DNA from: Calcarisporiella thermophila CBS 279.70
Lineage: Eukaryota; Fungi; Calcarisporiellomycota
NCBI RefSeq assembly: GCF_041956535.1
Contig: NW_027192202.1
Location: 781,142-845,141, forward strand
Reading direction: 5' to 3'
Length of the DNA: 64,000 bases
Shown here: positions 28,277 through 41,054 of the stretch, piece after piece
Numbering within the stretch: position 1 is the first letter of the stretch
How the letters are laid out: each line of letters opens with the position of its first letter
Notes under the pieces: generated by a model
Databases searched by the model: none
Seen by the model: only the letters and a program-made list of their open reading frames with translations
Told to the model about the DNA's origin: nothing
Made by a program: the position numbers and the translations under genes

Positions 28277-29798
28277 ATGGGAAACAACCCTTCAACCCTT
28301 GCTGTGCCCAAAAAATCTAAACGCGAGTCCAGTATAGGGGCCGCTTCCGGCGGTTCGCATCTCAGTGTCCCAGAAATACCTGACAATGAACATTCTACCA
28401 ACACTGCTTCTTCGGTCAACTCGATTCTGCTGCATTACCAGCAGCAGGTCCCTGCGAGCGCTGGCTCTGTGTTTTCCACTCAGCCGCAGCAGCCCTCAGC
28501 AACTAACAATGAGAATGAGAAGAGCGATCCCAATGGAGAATGCGAGGCTGTGGATCTGGTTGCGCCCCCTCCCATAGAGGACCAGAACCAGTTGACGGCG
28601 ACCTCCATCTCCTCCATTACATATCCCAACCCTGAGCGCCTATCCAAAAACGTGAATATCGATGACTTGATTCAGCGGTTGCTTGAGGTGGGCTTTTCAG
28701 GGCGCATCCCCAAGAGCTTCGTGCTCAAGAATTCGGAAATCGTTGCAATATGTCAGGCGGCCCAGGAAATCTTTCTCTCCCAGCCAACCCTAATCGAATT
28801 ATCGCCGCCGGTCAAAATAGTCGGGGACGTACACGGCCAATACACCGATCTAATGCGTTTGTTTGAGATGAGCGGTTTCCCCCCCGCCGCCAACTATCTC
28901 TTCCTTGGCGACTATGTGGATCGTGGGAAGCAGAGCTTGGAAACCATTTGCCTCCTATTATGTTATAAAATCAAGTGGCCAGAGAACTTTTTCCTACTTC
29001 GGGGAAATCACGAGTGTGCCAATGTGACGCGAGGTAAGTTGCCATTTCTACCGTATTCGTAGTGGGGGTGCAGAGAGAGGGGGGGGGGGGACGATAAATG
29101 CTCAATGCATTGACTTCCTCATATTTTTAGTGTACGGTTTCTATGATGAGTGCAAACGCCGGTGTAGTGTCAAAATATGGAAGATCTTTGTGGATGTCTT
29201 CAATACTCTCCCCATTGCGGCCACGGTGGCTTCTAAAATATTTTGCGTTCACGGCGGTCTCTCGCCCTCACTACGGTCCATGGATGAAATTCGCAGCATC
29301 CCACGCCCCACCGATGTCCCCGATTATGGACTGCTGAACGATTTGCTGTGGTCCGATCCAAGTGAAACGGCGCAAGGTTGGGAGGATAATGAGAGAGGAG
29401 TGAGCTATTGCTTTGGAAAGGTACAGGTGAATGATTTTCTGTCGCGCTATGGATTCGATTTGGTAACAAGGGCACACATGGTCGTTGAGGATGGTAGAGT
29501 GTTGCTCAATAGGAGCCCATTTGAGATTGCACCGAAAGGAGCAAACGGCTAACCCACCCTGTGGTTCCTTTTAGGATACGAGTTCTTCAATAATCGCACC
29601 CTCGTCACCGTGTTTTCCGCGCCCAATTATTGTAATGAATTCAACAACTACGGCTCTGTCATGTTTGTCAACGAGGACCTTTTATGCAGCTTCGAGCTGT
29701 TGGCACCCGTGGACCAGGCAGCCACACGGCGAGAGTGGCGGAAGCGTGGCAGGCGGCCAAGTCCGCCCATGCTGAGTAGTACGCCTCAAAGTACATGA
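28277..29798 (+). CDS. PPZ1: Ser/Thr phosphatase PP-Z, 3 exons
   Basis: Myristoylation-type MGNN start, disordered N-terminus, GDVHG, GDYVDRG, RGNHE, SAPNY. Confidence 0.88.
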
Positions 29799-30118
29799 TA
29801 GTGGCTAATGACAATTTTTTCTTTATTTCAATTCTCTTTATTTTATCTTTATTATCTATTTTCATGGAATTTCATTGTACTTGTGCGTTTCCCCGCTTCA
29901 CTTTCGGGCTCGGGAGTGCATGCGAAAATTTATTTTATTCTTTTCCGTTTGCTACTGTTTCTCTTCTCCTCTTGGTATATTTACACAACCCAGAGATGAA
30001 CTATTGTGTCCCTTTTTTTAAAAAAAGAATATATGTGGCTTAGATCCTTTTGACTTCGGGGAGGAGGTTCATCGGTGGATCTGGATGTGCTTTTGACAGG
30101 GAAACAAAAAAAGACGCC

Positions 30119-30900
30119 ATGTTGAACGCTTGGATACTAGTGATCGTTACATTATGTTGTGTGGTTGCATCGGAGCAATCCGGACAGGTATTTTCGCGAA
30201 ATATTGCTGGTGATTCCACCCTTAATTCATCTTTTATCTTATGGCATTGGATGGACTCGATCGTAGCCACAGAAGTTCTCCCTCCTGCATAAACTGCCCA
30301 CATCGACCCAATTTGTCTTACGTGGTGAAATCGAGTATCATCCCTCGCTCGCTACTGCTCGCTACATTCCCTCCTCCGACTTCTCTTCATCCTCTCTGTC
30401 GGCCAATGAGGACGAGCTGTACTCGGTCAAAATGGTACGCGATGAGAGTGAAGATGGGGATATCATGTCTGTGCCAGTGAAGGCACTGAAGGGGGCTGAT
30501 TTTCGGGATGAAATTGTGCTTTTCGCAGATCATGATGGCGTTGTTCGGCATTTTGAATATGGTACGCGCGCGAACAAAGAAAATGAGGATGAGATAGGGA
30601 CCCTGGTTAAGGTGGAGCCGGCTTCGCTTGGAGCAAGGTGATTCTGCATGACATCTCTGCATTGCTTCGGCTTAACTAAAGCAGGCTTTTCTATATTTTT
30701 ATTTTTCCCTTGTGAACAGACCGAAGCTCTTGCAGGCGGTTCCATTGAACCGGGATGGCACTGTCGAGAAAAAGGAGGAGCCCTCGCTATTGAAGAAGTA
30801 TTGGTATTTTATTCCCCTGGTCATCATTCTTTTAACAGGCGGGGGCGGCGGGCAACAACAGGAGCAAGGGCAGCAAGGAGGAGGTGGGGGTTCCCGATGA
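30119..30900 (+). CDS. EMC10: ER membrane complex subunit 10, 3 exons
   Basis: Signal peptide, LRGEI, EEPSLLKKYWYFIP TM followed by Gly-rich tail. Confidence 0.8.
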
Positions 30901-31051
30901 CCACAGCATGCCCCATTATTTTAGAATAAAAGAGTGCTGAGTGGAACATTATTTAATCGGCGATGAGAGGAAGAGTGATATATGGTTTCTAGAAAACAGA
31001 AATACACACAAAACACAAAACATTTTCCAAAGATATCCAAACTGAAGACTC

Positions 31052-32087
31052 TCATTCTCCTTTTTGCTTCGGCTCCACAACCCGCCATACCCTCAAGAGA
31101 TAGCTCAGCCTAATCACCATCAAATCGATGGCCATTTGCACGGAGTCTCGCATCAGCGAAATCTTGCTGCCGTCCACTTCGTGCCAGTTGACTTGCTCCT
31201 CCACCACGGGGATGCGCATCCGCCTCGCGAGCACCAGCACCTCGACATCGAAGATCCAGCCCTCCACATGCATGTTTGAGAAGATACGCTGTGCGGCCTT
31301 GCGGGTGAACAGTTTAAACCCACACTGCGTATCCTCGATGCCACGGACCCCCAATAGGTATACGAGCATATGGAATCCGCGCATCAGGAAATTGCGGATG
31401 AAAGACCTCTTCACTACTGCATCCGTCGTTACTAGGTGGGAGCGTGAGCCTACCACCACACCCAGGCCCTCCCTCTCAATATCGCTCATTCGGGAGCGAA
31501 GTTTGTCAAGGTCCGAGAATTGGGTCGCGCCATCGGCATCGACCATCAAGATATAGCTGCCCCGGACGCTCAGCATTCCTTGCGTCACTGCACCCCCCTT
31601 GCCTCTATTGCGCGGCAACTTGAAAACTCTTAGCTCATCCACCCCGTTCTTTTGGGCCCAGCGAAGCGCACAATCGGTGGTCGCATCCTTACTCCCATCA
31701 TCAACAATGAGGATTTCATACTTTAATTTTAAAGAGCGCAAGTGCTGAATGGTTTCATCCAGCATATGCGGGAGGCGAGCGGTTTCATTATAAGCGGGGA
31801 TGACCAGAGAAAGGTCAAGGGTTGGGGATTCAAGAAGGGACGGCAGCGGCTGAGGAGTTTTGGAATTAGGGGAGAGGTATTGGCGCTGAGAGGGGGAAAG
31901 AGGGCAGGGTTTCGGACTAGCGATGTGGAGAAAGACAAATACCTGGTGTGGAATGGAATGGTAACGGATTAATCGCAAGGGTTATTCAACTTCGACCGGA
32001 CTCCATCCCCAGCTAGTCAATACTCACAGTGAGGGTCAAAAGTAAAAGGGCCATGATCCCCACATGCAACGCCGAAAATTCTATCAT
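31052..32087 (-). CDS. ALG5: Dolichyl-phosphate beta-glucosyltransferase, 2 exons
   Basis: VIPAYNE, VDDGSKD, NRGKGGAV, DADGAT, DTQCGFKLF; TM exon MIEFSALHVG... Confidence 0.93.
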
Positions 32088-32351
32088 GTTTTCTCGAGAG
32101 CCACCAAGAAAATGAGGGGAACGGGATGTAAAAGGGGGGAGGGGATGTTTTCGAAGAGCCAAAAAGCTTTTTATCGCACTGGTTACCCCTATTAACGAGA
32201 CACCTGCGGTGTGGAGCTGGGTTACTGGCAGATATCTTGGATGGTTTGACTGTGCCACCATCCACTTGCACAATCAATTGGATATTTCTCGCGTTCACCA
32301 CTGAAAAAAAACCCCTTGCGTTAGAGCATCTACATTGTTCTCGGTAAAATC

Positions 32352-32735
32352 ATGTCGGGCTATACTGTGCTCTGGATTTTTATTGCCACGCTCATTGCCT
32401 CCGGAGCCTTATATGTGTTGACACCTAAGGGCCCGAATCAGACGTAATTATTCCCAAATTTCCTCGGATCTCGATCCTTGGCCCAATTTGATCCCTGATT
32501 TCTCTCTCTCTCTCTCTTTTTTTTTTTGGATTTGCACAGGACCATCCGCACGAGCCTTATCATGTCACTTATATGTTGCTATATCATGTAATATTGGTTT
32601 TATTTATTATCATTTTCGGCATACCGATTGAACTAATGATTAATGCCTATGCTTCATAGGTGGGCAATCACTTACATGGCGCAACTCCATCCTCTTGTAG
32701 CACCTCAACGCAACGATCTCAGACCACATCACTAA
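32352..32735 (+). CDS. VMA9: V-ATPase V0 subunit e, 3 exons
   Basis: PKGPNQT, CCYIMWAITYMAQLHPL; missed by ORF track. Confidence 0.9.
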
Positions 32736-32875
32736 ATTATTACTTATTTTGCTCCTTTGTTTCTAAACTGGATTTTATATTTTGCTTTCTTTTTTCTTTC
32801 TCTTATATTGTTAACTTGTTTATTGTCTCAATATCCTTCATAAAAGTCTCTCCTATCCTGTCTCTTACACTGTTC

Positions 32876-33944
<1,069 letters not shown>

Positions 33945-34004
33945 GGTGGACTGATTTGTTATGGAAGTTCAATTTACGAGTCAAATTATTTCAAGACGGG
34001 GCAT

Positions 34005-34012
34005 TGTGACTG
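34005..34012. promoter_or_regulatory. Homol-D-like box TGTGACTG (BUD32/RPC17 promoter)
   Basis: Exact 8-mer centred in a ~140-bp divergent intergenic region. Confidence 0.6.
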
Positions 34013-34083
34013 CCATTCATTTATTCCATTTGGTGCTCATAAACACTAGGCCTCGTTATTTATCCAATCGAGCCCATTGAACC

Positions 34084-34670
34084 ATGGAGGTCATCGAGGA
34101 AAACGCCGCGCTGCTCAGCAACTACGAGGTTCTCTCGCTCCTACGCGATCTTGAGACAAAACAGCAAGCCCGTCTAGCAAATAATCCCACGTTGAAGTTT
34201 GCTGAAAATCTTAAAACAATCCAATTCGAGGTAGAGTAATTGCATTTCGGATGGTATGTTTGTTTCTCAAAGGTTTTAATTGCATCCGTGGTCGATTTGT
34301 GTAGACGAAACAATATTTGGAGAAGACGCCTTGTAGCTCACAAACTCCCGAGCAGATACGCTCTCTGCTCGAGGCTCTCAAGCCATATCCACTGACCAAG
34401 GCTGAAAAGCTCACCATTATTAACCAGCGCCCACGAAGAATGGTAGAATTCTATGCGGTAAATATATCGGAATATTTGTGTTGAAAGAGAGTGGCGATAA
34501 CCATGAATGCTTTTATGTATATAAACCTTTATAATTAGATTGTCGAGGATATGGAGAATAGATTCGAAACTGAAAAGGTGGAGGAGATTCTTTATATAAT
34601 AAAGGAGCATTTACCTCGAGAAGATGACGCCGAGCAAGCCGATGCCGACGAGGAGATGGAGGAAGCATGA
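34084..34670 (+). CDS. RPC17: RNA polymerase III subunit C17 (RPC9/CRCP), 3 exons
   Basis: ALLSNYEVL, LTKAEKL.IINQRP, IVEDMENRF. Confidence 0.88.
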
Positions 34671-34854
34671 TGCATTTTATCATTGTAAAATTTTATTGCT
34701 GTAATATAAATGGAGTTTGCTCATTAGTCTAGTATTAATTACTTAAATCCAAATAAAAAGGGTAAAAGAGGCAACGTAAAAAAGCTGCTGTTTTCATAAA
34801 GTACAAGGAGAAAATAAGATCTTTTCAATATCGCAGTATAGATGATGGAGGGGA

Positions 34855-35138
34855 TTAATACAGGAGCTGATTAAAGAACGAGTAAGTACTAGCAAGATAG
34901 TCGGGTAGCAGGCGAGCATATGCATAGCAAGTGTAGATAGTCAAGATGAGGCCGAGGAAGGCAACTGAATCTAGAAATAAAAAAGGAGTTGGAATTAGTA
35001 AGATAAGATGAAATCCAGCATGGAATTTGGGGAATACAAACTAAAAATGGCCTTCTCCCATGGTTCAAGCATGTAGAGCACAGTGACAAGCTCATACTGG
35101 TACTTCTTGACAGAAATCCAATTCTTAACCGAATCCAT
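34855..35138 (-). CDS. Serine palmitoyltransferase small subunit (ssSPT), 2 exons
   Basis: KKYQYELVTVLYMLEPWEKAIFNS signature followed by a TM segment. Confidence 0.85.
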
Positions 35139-35345
35139 TATACTTAAGGCGAGTAAGTTATAGGCTATAATCTAGGGAGGATTTGATGAAGAACGAGTGA
35201 GTAACCAATTCACAAATTTCTTGGTTTATTATTTCGAGATGCCATTAAGTGGCGCAGCAACATATTCCCAAAAAAATCAACACAGGGGGGTTCTTCTTAA
35301 CGCTTACCGCTCAGGATCATCGTAATCAACAAACAAATAGCCAAG

Positions 35346-35895
35346 ATGTTCCGACAAATCTTAAGAGCCTCTCGCGTCTCCTCCAACTATACAGCTCGCA
35401 CATATTCCACTCAAATTACTAAATCGACTTCAACTGCACCCGCCAAACTAACTCAACAACAGGCCCCAAACAGAGATTCGGCTTGGTCCGAAAACCAGGC
35501 AAGGCGGGCAGAGGCGATGTCTGGGCCGAGATTCGAAGGTATTGATATGGCTGCTCAGGTATATGATTTGCTTTCTGCGCCATAGAATTTCGTGACGATC
35601 TGAAGAACTGATGGACCTTTTCGGTTTGGAATTTTAAATTAGCCTGCTCCTCTTGCTGCTATCGAACTCATCGCTGCTGAGCCTATTCGTTATGTTGACA
35701 CCCGCATCGCAGTCTGCGATGGTGGTGAGGGAGCTCTCGGCCACCCCCGCGTTTACATCAATTTGGATAAACCTGGTGCCCATGCCTGTGGTTACTGTAA
35801 GTAGATATTGCATGCGCAATTGAGTCTTGTTATCTCATACTTTGTCTGTAGGTGGACTTAAATTTAAATTGAGTCATGACCATCACCACCACTAG
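35346..35895 (+). CDS. NDUFS6: Complex I subunit NDUFS6 (Zn-finger, 13 kDa-A), 3 exons
   Basis: QAPNR...[29 protein letters not shown]. Confidence 0.92.
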
Positions 35896-36057
35896 CATCA
35901 TATCCTCTCTTTCGCCTGCTATATTTCGTTGGAAGAAAAGTTTTTTTTTTTCCTTCTTCTTATTATGCTTATTTTTTGTATTTTGAATAGACAAAGCGAT
36001 GCAAATGAAAATAAAACTCTTTAAAAAATAAAGTTGGTCAGTTTAATAGATATGGGG

Positions 36058-37738
36058 TTATACTGATATGCCAGCTCTTGTCCTTAGACTTGACCCTAAC
36101 CCTACCGAGGATCTCTCTGCAGTCCTCTCAGTTCTTTCACTTGGAGTCGGCTTTCCCAGTTCCGCAGAGCTAAACAGGTCCGGAACAGCTCCATCAAACT
36201 TCTCTCTTACAATCTCGGGACCAAGGCTCTTCACCGATGCCAACAGCGATCCGCCCACCCATCCCCTTATATTCGGCATGAATACTCGACCTGGCCCTTC
36301 TCTATTTCTTGCACTTAACCGTTCCTCCAAGAAGCTTACCGATTCGACGAGTCCACTCAATGGCTTATACCGTCGCTCAATGGGTCGAGATGGGGAAAGG
36401 AGGATGCGTTGTAGTTCCTGGTGTAGGCGGTGCTGGAAGTTTGGGAGATGAGGGGTACCTCCGATTAAAAGGAGGGAGGATATCATTGGACGACGTAGAT
36501 CGACTGGTAACTAATCCATGATTTCGTGTGCAAACGACGAAATATGGCTCACATGTTAGTCAAATCCTACGGAGCCATAAACCCACTCTCCAGTTTACCT
36601 TTAATAAACAGTCTAATATACAACAAGGAATGCTGGCTTCGTCTTCGTCGCCTTCAAACAGGCATTCCGCTGCTCTTTCTCTTATCCATCCAGGCACCAC
36701 AATATACCCAATCTCGCCTTCAGAGGATTCACCACTACCGTTCAATCGAATGGGATACATCACTTCCGTTGCCGAGCTAGCACTCTGAAATTTCTCAACT
36801 AGATCTTCGTCGTCTTCAGCACCGTCATCTTCCGGTGGTATCATCACTGGAGACACAAAAAGAAGGCGCGTTTTGATTTCCTCGACCAGATCTCGGGTGA
36901 GAAGATCTTCGGGTATGGGAAGCCGTGGAGCCAGGGTGCGTTGGAGATGTGAGGGGGGTACTAAGCGAGCATGGGCAAGGAGTAGGGAGTGTAGGCGGAT
37001 GGTTAGGGCTTTGCCAGCGATGGGTGTACTTCTTACGAATGGTGATAAAGGTCTTGAGGAAAATATCTATGAATACAATCGAAACATCAGTATGTCCTTG
37101 AAAAATCTTTCACATCATTTTTGTTGACGTTTTTTTTACCGGAAGCACAGTTGTTTCCAAATTTCCGCAATCGATGACCAAACCTGTGGTCTGTCCAGTA
37201 GTCAACAGTGCAAGCAGATGAGTGGGCGCGAAAGAGACTGATGGAACTTGCATCTCCTCGAAGAGTATTTTGGCAATAATTTTCTTGACAGGTATGGGCA
37301 ACAGTGGCGATTCGCATATAAGAACTTTGCGCTGCTTTGGGTCTGTAAGTAGATATCTATTCCATAGCCAAAAAGGTTAATGGCCGTTTTCACGAATGAA
37401 TTATCTTCAATTTACCTGTAGTAAAGATCTCGAAATATAATGGAAGTTCTGTCATCCAATACACCCATGTCGGTTGTAATACCCATGTTTAAGTCGTATA
37501 GATCTTCATTCTAAAGTAGCACCGCGTTAGATTCCGAAGGATTGCGCAAAAACAAAGCACTAATTCATACCCCATCGTCCCCCACAGAGTATATATGTCG
37601 TGGTCGTGACTCTCCGCTAAAACCGCATTTTATGTAATAAGAACCAATGTCGAATATGACATGATCCTCAGCACCCATAATGGGTGTGCGGCGGGCCAGG
37701 CTGGAGATGGGAAAATGAGATGTGAAGGATGATGTCAT
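36058..37738 (-). CDS. ARP10: Dynactin actin-related protein Arp10/Arp11, multi-exon
   Basis: IFDIGSYYIKCGFSGE, GLVIDCGNLETTVLP, EEIKTR, GWVGGSL. Confidence 0.8.
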
Positions 37739-37800
37739 GTAGAGGTGTTAATGAATTATTTAGATCTCACAAGTTAATGGGACGCGTTTAAGAGGAGGGG

Positions 37801-37808
37801 CAGTCACA
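37801..37808. promoter_or_regulatory. Homol-D box CAGTCACA upstream of ARP10
   Basis: Exact 8-mer about 63 nt from the ARP10 ATG. Confidence 0.55.
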
Positions 37809-37996
37809 AAAATTCAAATCAATGGCTTTTAAAATCGAAACCATTTTCTGGTGCTCTTTTTTTATCCTGCCTGCTATATCCAAAACCACTCGTAATCAAT
37901 TGTTCATCCTAATTCTCACTCTCTTTTTTCTTGCATATCTTTACACCGCCCACAAAATAGTATCGATACGAAATCATCAACCTTATCTGAACTAGA

Positions 37997-38308
37997 ATGG
38001 CGACTTCACCGCGTATCCTTCCTTCTCCCACATCTCTTTCCGGTCACTCTACTCCGCTTCCTCCTTCATGTCCACCACCCTCTCCTCTCTCGACCGCTAA
38101 CACACCACTGCGTCCAGCATCACGCATCCAGCAACACTCCCAACAACAACAGCAACAACAGGAGTCTAATACCTCCACTGTAAACCAGCATGTCTGCGCC
38201 GATGCGCACGAAAGAGATCGTGGAGAAACGACCAAATTCCTGGTGAATAGCGAGTCGTTCGAGAATCTTGTTGCACTTTTACAGAAGGTAGAGAAACAAG
38301 AAGGCTAA
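37997..38308 (+). CDS. Pro/Ser/Gln-rich ORF of unknown function (small gene or large uORF; possible splice 38288-39241)
   Basis: Good AGAATGG start, coding-like composition, polyQ; no domain recognised. Confidence 0.45.
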   Translation: MATSPRILPSPTSLSGHSTPLPPSCPPPSPLSTANTPLRPASRIQQHSQQQQQQQESNTSTVNQHVCADAHERDRGETTKFLVNSESFENLVALLQKVEKQEG

Positions 38309-39280
38309 ATTTAGTTAGATTTCAAGGGCACTCCTTTTTGTTTTAGGGGCATCTTCCGTCCTTATAAAAGTCTAATCAAAACTTCCATTTTCAAAATTGT
38401 TGAAGCCAAAAATTTTTGTATTATTTTCAATCCTCCAAGCTGATTCTCCTTCATATTTTGTTATTTTTTCTCGTTTTTCTTCGCATTTATCTTCTGTGTA
38501 TTGTAAAGCTTATAATAAAGGAGACCCTTCGTTGTTTGAATGTATATGCAAATGGTAATGCCAAACTTGCACGAAGCAATGAGCGACCTAAACTCACCTC
38601 CCACAGTAATGCGGGACTGGTTCGATATTGATATGCCAACATGTTATCAACAAGATGAGTGTCACTATTTTTTGACAAGTCATTTGTCATAAAGCCCTCT
38701 TTTACGTCCCATTAAAATAGGGTATTATTTACACCGGAGTCTCTCCGAAATATTCTCGAAGTATTGGAGCAATTTGAAGAATTTTCATGTCAAGGTCTAG
38801 CCTGTATTTTTTCTATTATTAGATTCAGTGTTCTTTTATTCCTCTTTCCACTGTAGAAGGCTGCAGAGTGTCAATGTGCATGGCAGAGAATGGAAGGAGG
38901 AATCACAACAAAATAAGAATTCAAATAGCGATAAGATAGAAGAATCTCGCTTAATATCGAAAATAATCTTGTATTCATATGGTGCGGAAGAATGGGAGAG
39001 CGATAAGCACGAGGATTTTTCTCCAGTCCCGCAGCAAAAAGTGTCTTCCTCTTAACCGTCTTAAATTTTTCGTTATTATTGCCTGATTGGACCGAAAGAG
39101 TTCTATGATCAGGATCAAGGTTCACTATTTTTCCCTGCTCTCTATTTCCATTTACAATTATTTTTTTTCTCAAGAGTTCAGAGCTGTCAACTCTCTTCCT
39201 TTTTCTTGTTTTATGCAATAGTGCTTCTCATCATTATTTAGTTGGGAAAACTAGCATAAATGATCCACCTCTGAGTGCAA

Positions 39281-40588
39281 ATGGCCAACTATCCCTTCCC
39301 TCACGATCACGAGCAATTTCACCCACTGCATCCTTTTGCTCTTTTCCCCCCTTATGACCATGCACCCATGCCAATCGCTCTCGATCTTCCGGCCAACTCA
39401 TCCTCTCCCTCTGCCACCGTCCCAGTCTCGAGCAGTGCGCAGCACCCTATTGCACCCCCACCCATGCATTCCTCATTTGGTTTGGAGGAGGAACTCGAGA
39501 GTATGAAAACGAGACGACACTCACTACCATTTATAACCACTTACTCAAATGATTCTTCTTCAATGATAATGGCTGATCCGGAAATGAGTGATGGAGGGGA
39601 GAGTTGGCTGCGAATGACAACAGAATTAGAGGATTTGAGTGGCGAAAACATGAGCAACGGAAATAATCACGGCACAATAAATGCGGGCGCTGGTGAGGAT
39701 GGATCATGGCGCTTTGCAAGAGCATTCTCTTCACCTAATGTCCTCGCTTCTGTATCATCCTCCACAACCTCTTCGACTCCTCTTTATCTCACTAATGGTC
39801 AGCGTCAACAGCAGCAGCATCCGCCCCACCAACAGCAGCAACAGCAGCCGCCGCCACCGCAGCAAGTTCAGCATCGCCGCCGCGTCAATAGTGTTTCTTC
39901 CGCACCTTATCTACTTGACACTCCTTCTGTATCTTCCAACCGCATGCTGCCACCAACTTCGTCTGCGAAGAAACTTCCACAAGACATGATGATAACATTA
40001 AGCGCAAAAAATGGCAATATAGGAAGTAGTGGAAATGGGGAGCCCTTGAAACGTTATCCATGCGGAATTTGTCAAAAGCGATTTACCCGGCCATCGAGCC
40101 TTGCAACACACGTATATTCACATACTGGAGAGGTAAGTTAACTGTTGTGTTTTACTCGACCTACGAACACCCTTCAATTTCCCTTGCATTAGAAACCATT
40201 CCGTTGTCCCGTTGAGGGATGCGGCAGACACTTCTCAGTGCAGAGCAACTTGAGAAGACATACGAAAATTCACGCTAAAGAGCGCCATCAACAACAGCAG
40301 TACACGCGGGTTGCAAGATTCCCAGAGCGGCGTGGGAGCGCACCTGCCGCCGCCCCTCTATTACAACCAACCACAGTGCCCAGTATGCGTCTTCCAGCAC
40401 CAGCGCGAGATGGACAGGCTGAATTGATGTTGGAAGGGTTTACTCCCTTCCATCCGACTTCAGCCACAGTGCCACCGCGATCGTCGGTAGACCTCGAAGG
40501 ATTTGTCCCCATGAACCCTGATTTGACCGCCGTGGAAATGTACGGCTTTGAGGGAAGGTATAGAAATGAGGGTGAATTTAAGCAGTAA
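39281..40588 (+). CDS. Two-finger C2H2 transcription factor, FlbC-like, 2 exons
   Basis: CGICQKRFTRPSSLATHVYSHTGE/KPFRCPVEGCGRHFSVQSNLRRH; RRxS PKA-type sites. Confidence 0.85.
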
Positions 40589-41054
40589 TGACTCCTAACG
40601 CTCTATTTAGAGTTTTTTTAAACTCTTTATTTCCTGTCCTCTCCTTCTCCTATTTCTGGGTTTCATTGGCTCTGTTGTCAATGCAGCCTGATAATTTCTT
40701 GACACCTAAAACTGAAAGATTGTGTATTGCTAATAGTTTGCTTTAACCCTCCTCCACCCTCCCCCCCCCCCCTTCCCAACTTTTTTTAATTTGCAGATGT
40801 TTGATCAACCTTTATTCCTTTTTTTGTTCTTTATGCACTGTAAGTGTATCTGTGTACTGTAAATATTTCCTCTATATATTTCTTTATTACTCGCTCATCC
40901 CTGATGTGATTTTTTTGGTCTCTTTAAGGTCAATCTTAAAATATATATTTTATTCTTTTTCAAACTAAAATGCTAATGAAACAGATTACTTCTTTTCGAT
41001 GTTATTGATGATACTAAATATTCGCTCCACTTGTGTGTTCCACCTCCTCTCCCC

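Noticed and set aside
36091-36106. Telomere-like CCCTAACCCTA
   Set aside because: Under two units and inside the ARP10 coding sequence
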